This document shows positions 63,366-64,000 of a stretch of 64,000 nucleotides of DNA, piece after piece (position 1 is the stretch's first letter; every line of letters begins with the position of its first letter). Below the pieces are notes generated by a model that saw only the letters and a program-made list of their open reading frames with translations, was not told the DNA's origin and did not search any database. The DNA lies in NCBI GenBank assembly GCA_010015805.1, contig ML978121.1:1860001-1924000 (forward strand), read 5' to 3'. Made by a program: the position numbers and the translations under genes. Origin of the DNA: Rhizodiscina lignyota (lineage: Eukaryota).

Positions 63366-64000
63366 ATGACCGCCACCTTCTCCGCCATGGGTTTCAATAC
63401 TCAATTCCAGGGCAACCAGTGTATTGACCCGGCCGATATGGACAACTTTGTTGACTTTGGCACCATGCCTTCTCCCACTCCGTCCGGCTCGAACTCTAAA
63501 GCCCCGATGTCCCGCTCAGCGTCGACCATGACGAGCCCGACAAATACTATCGTTCCCCTCGACTTCAACGAAGAACAGGCACCCATCAAACCTAGCCACG
63601 AGTACAGTCGCTTCAAGCAACAGACTGGCCTCCCCACCGGCTCTTATCAGAGCTTGACTGGCCTTCCTCAGGAATTTGACGGCTTCAGCAACTCTGGCCT
63701 GGACCTTGGAATCGGCAGCTCGTCAATGTTTAATGGAATGGGCTCAAACAGTGGCCTGGGGATCGACGACTCGATGAACTTCGAAATGACCTCCTCGAAT
63801 GGCCTTCCTGCCTTCTTCTATCCGAACCGACCTTCCGATACCGATGACTTTATCGACCCCAGTGCTATTTCGCAAGAAGAGCAGCCACAACCTAACGTCC
63901 GCTTCTATCCTGGCATGCATCAGCAGCAGGCTGCATTGGCCAAGGCACAGCAGCAAGCACAACAGCAAAGGCAACAAATAATCCAGCAGCAACAGAAGCA
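63366..64000 (+). CDS. 5' part of a probable bZIP-type transcription factor, running off the window; 5'UTR intron 63218-63363
   Basis: Open frame to the window end with PSHEYSRFKQQTGLP and RFYPGMHQQQAALAKAQQQ, which I recall from N-termini of a fungal bZIP family. The bZIP domain itself is not in the window. Confidence 0.55.
   Translation, partial: MTATFSAMGFNTQFQGNQCIDPADMDNFVDFGTMPSPTPSGSNSKAPMSRSASTMTSPTNTIVPLDFNEEQAPIKPSHEYSRFKQQTGLPTGSYQSLTGLPQEFDGFSNSGLDLGIGSSSMFNGMGSNSGLGIDDSMNFEMTSSNGLPAFFYPNRPSDTDDFIDPSAISQEEQPQPNVRFYPGMHQQQAALAKAQQQAQQQRQQIIQQQQK

Overview
Gene-dense eukaryotic DNA from a filamentous ascomycete (Pezizomycotina, probably Dothideomycete-like; inferred from short GT-AG introns with CTAAC/CTGAC branch sites and from gene content). 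About 25 mostly intron-containing genes: GH81 glucanase (3' end), a QDE-2-like Argonaute, a USP-domain protein, VPS60, a SIT4-associated (SAPS) protein, two convergent Zn2Cys6 transcription factors, a LysM protein, RPS22 hosting an intronic H/ACA snoRNA (snR44), a TFC7-like histidine phosphatase, RPL17, NOP1, an Hsp70-like ATPase, a GH55 glucanase, a PLP aminotransferase, an A-T-R NRPS-like reductase, PIS1, a thaumatin-like protein and the 5' part of a probable bZIP factor. I found no CRISPR array, tRNA, rRNA or intact transposon. The most unusual region is upstream of the Argonaute: a ~1.2 kb ATG-depleted, apparently spliced leader with a 19-20 bp tandem array, repeated CTTAC motifs complementary to a splice donor, and a ~210 nt nested hairpin covering a predicted branch point and acceptor. 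This is a candidate RNA-level autoregulatory element, and the Argonaute itself has an altered MID 5'-phosphate pocket. Other points of interest are a spliced overlapping uORF and an alternative C-terminal exon in the SAPS gene, and a structured RPS22 5'UTR intron. All exon boundaries and base pairings were read by eye and need RNA-seq or folding confirmation.
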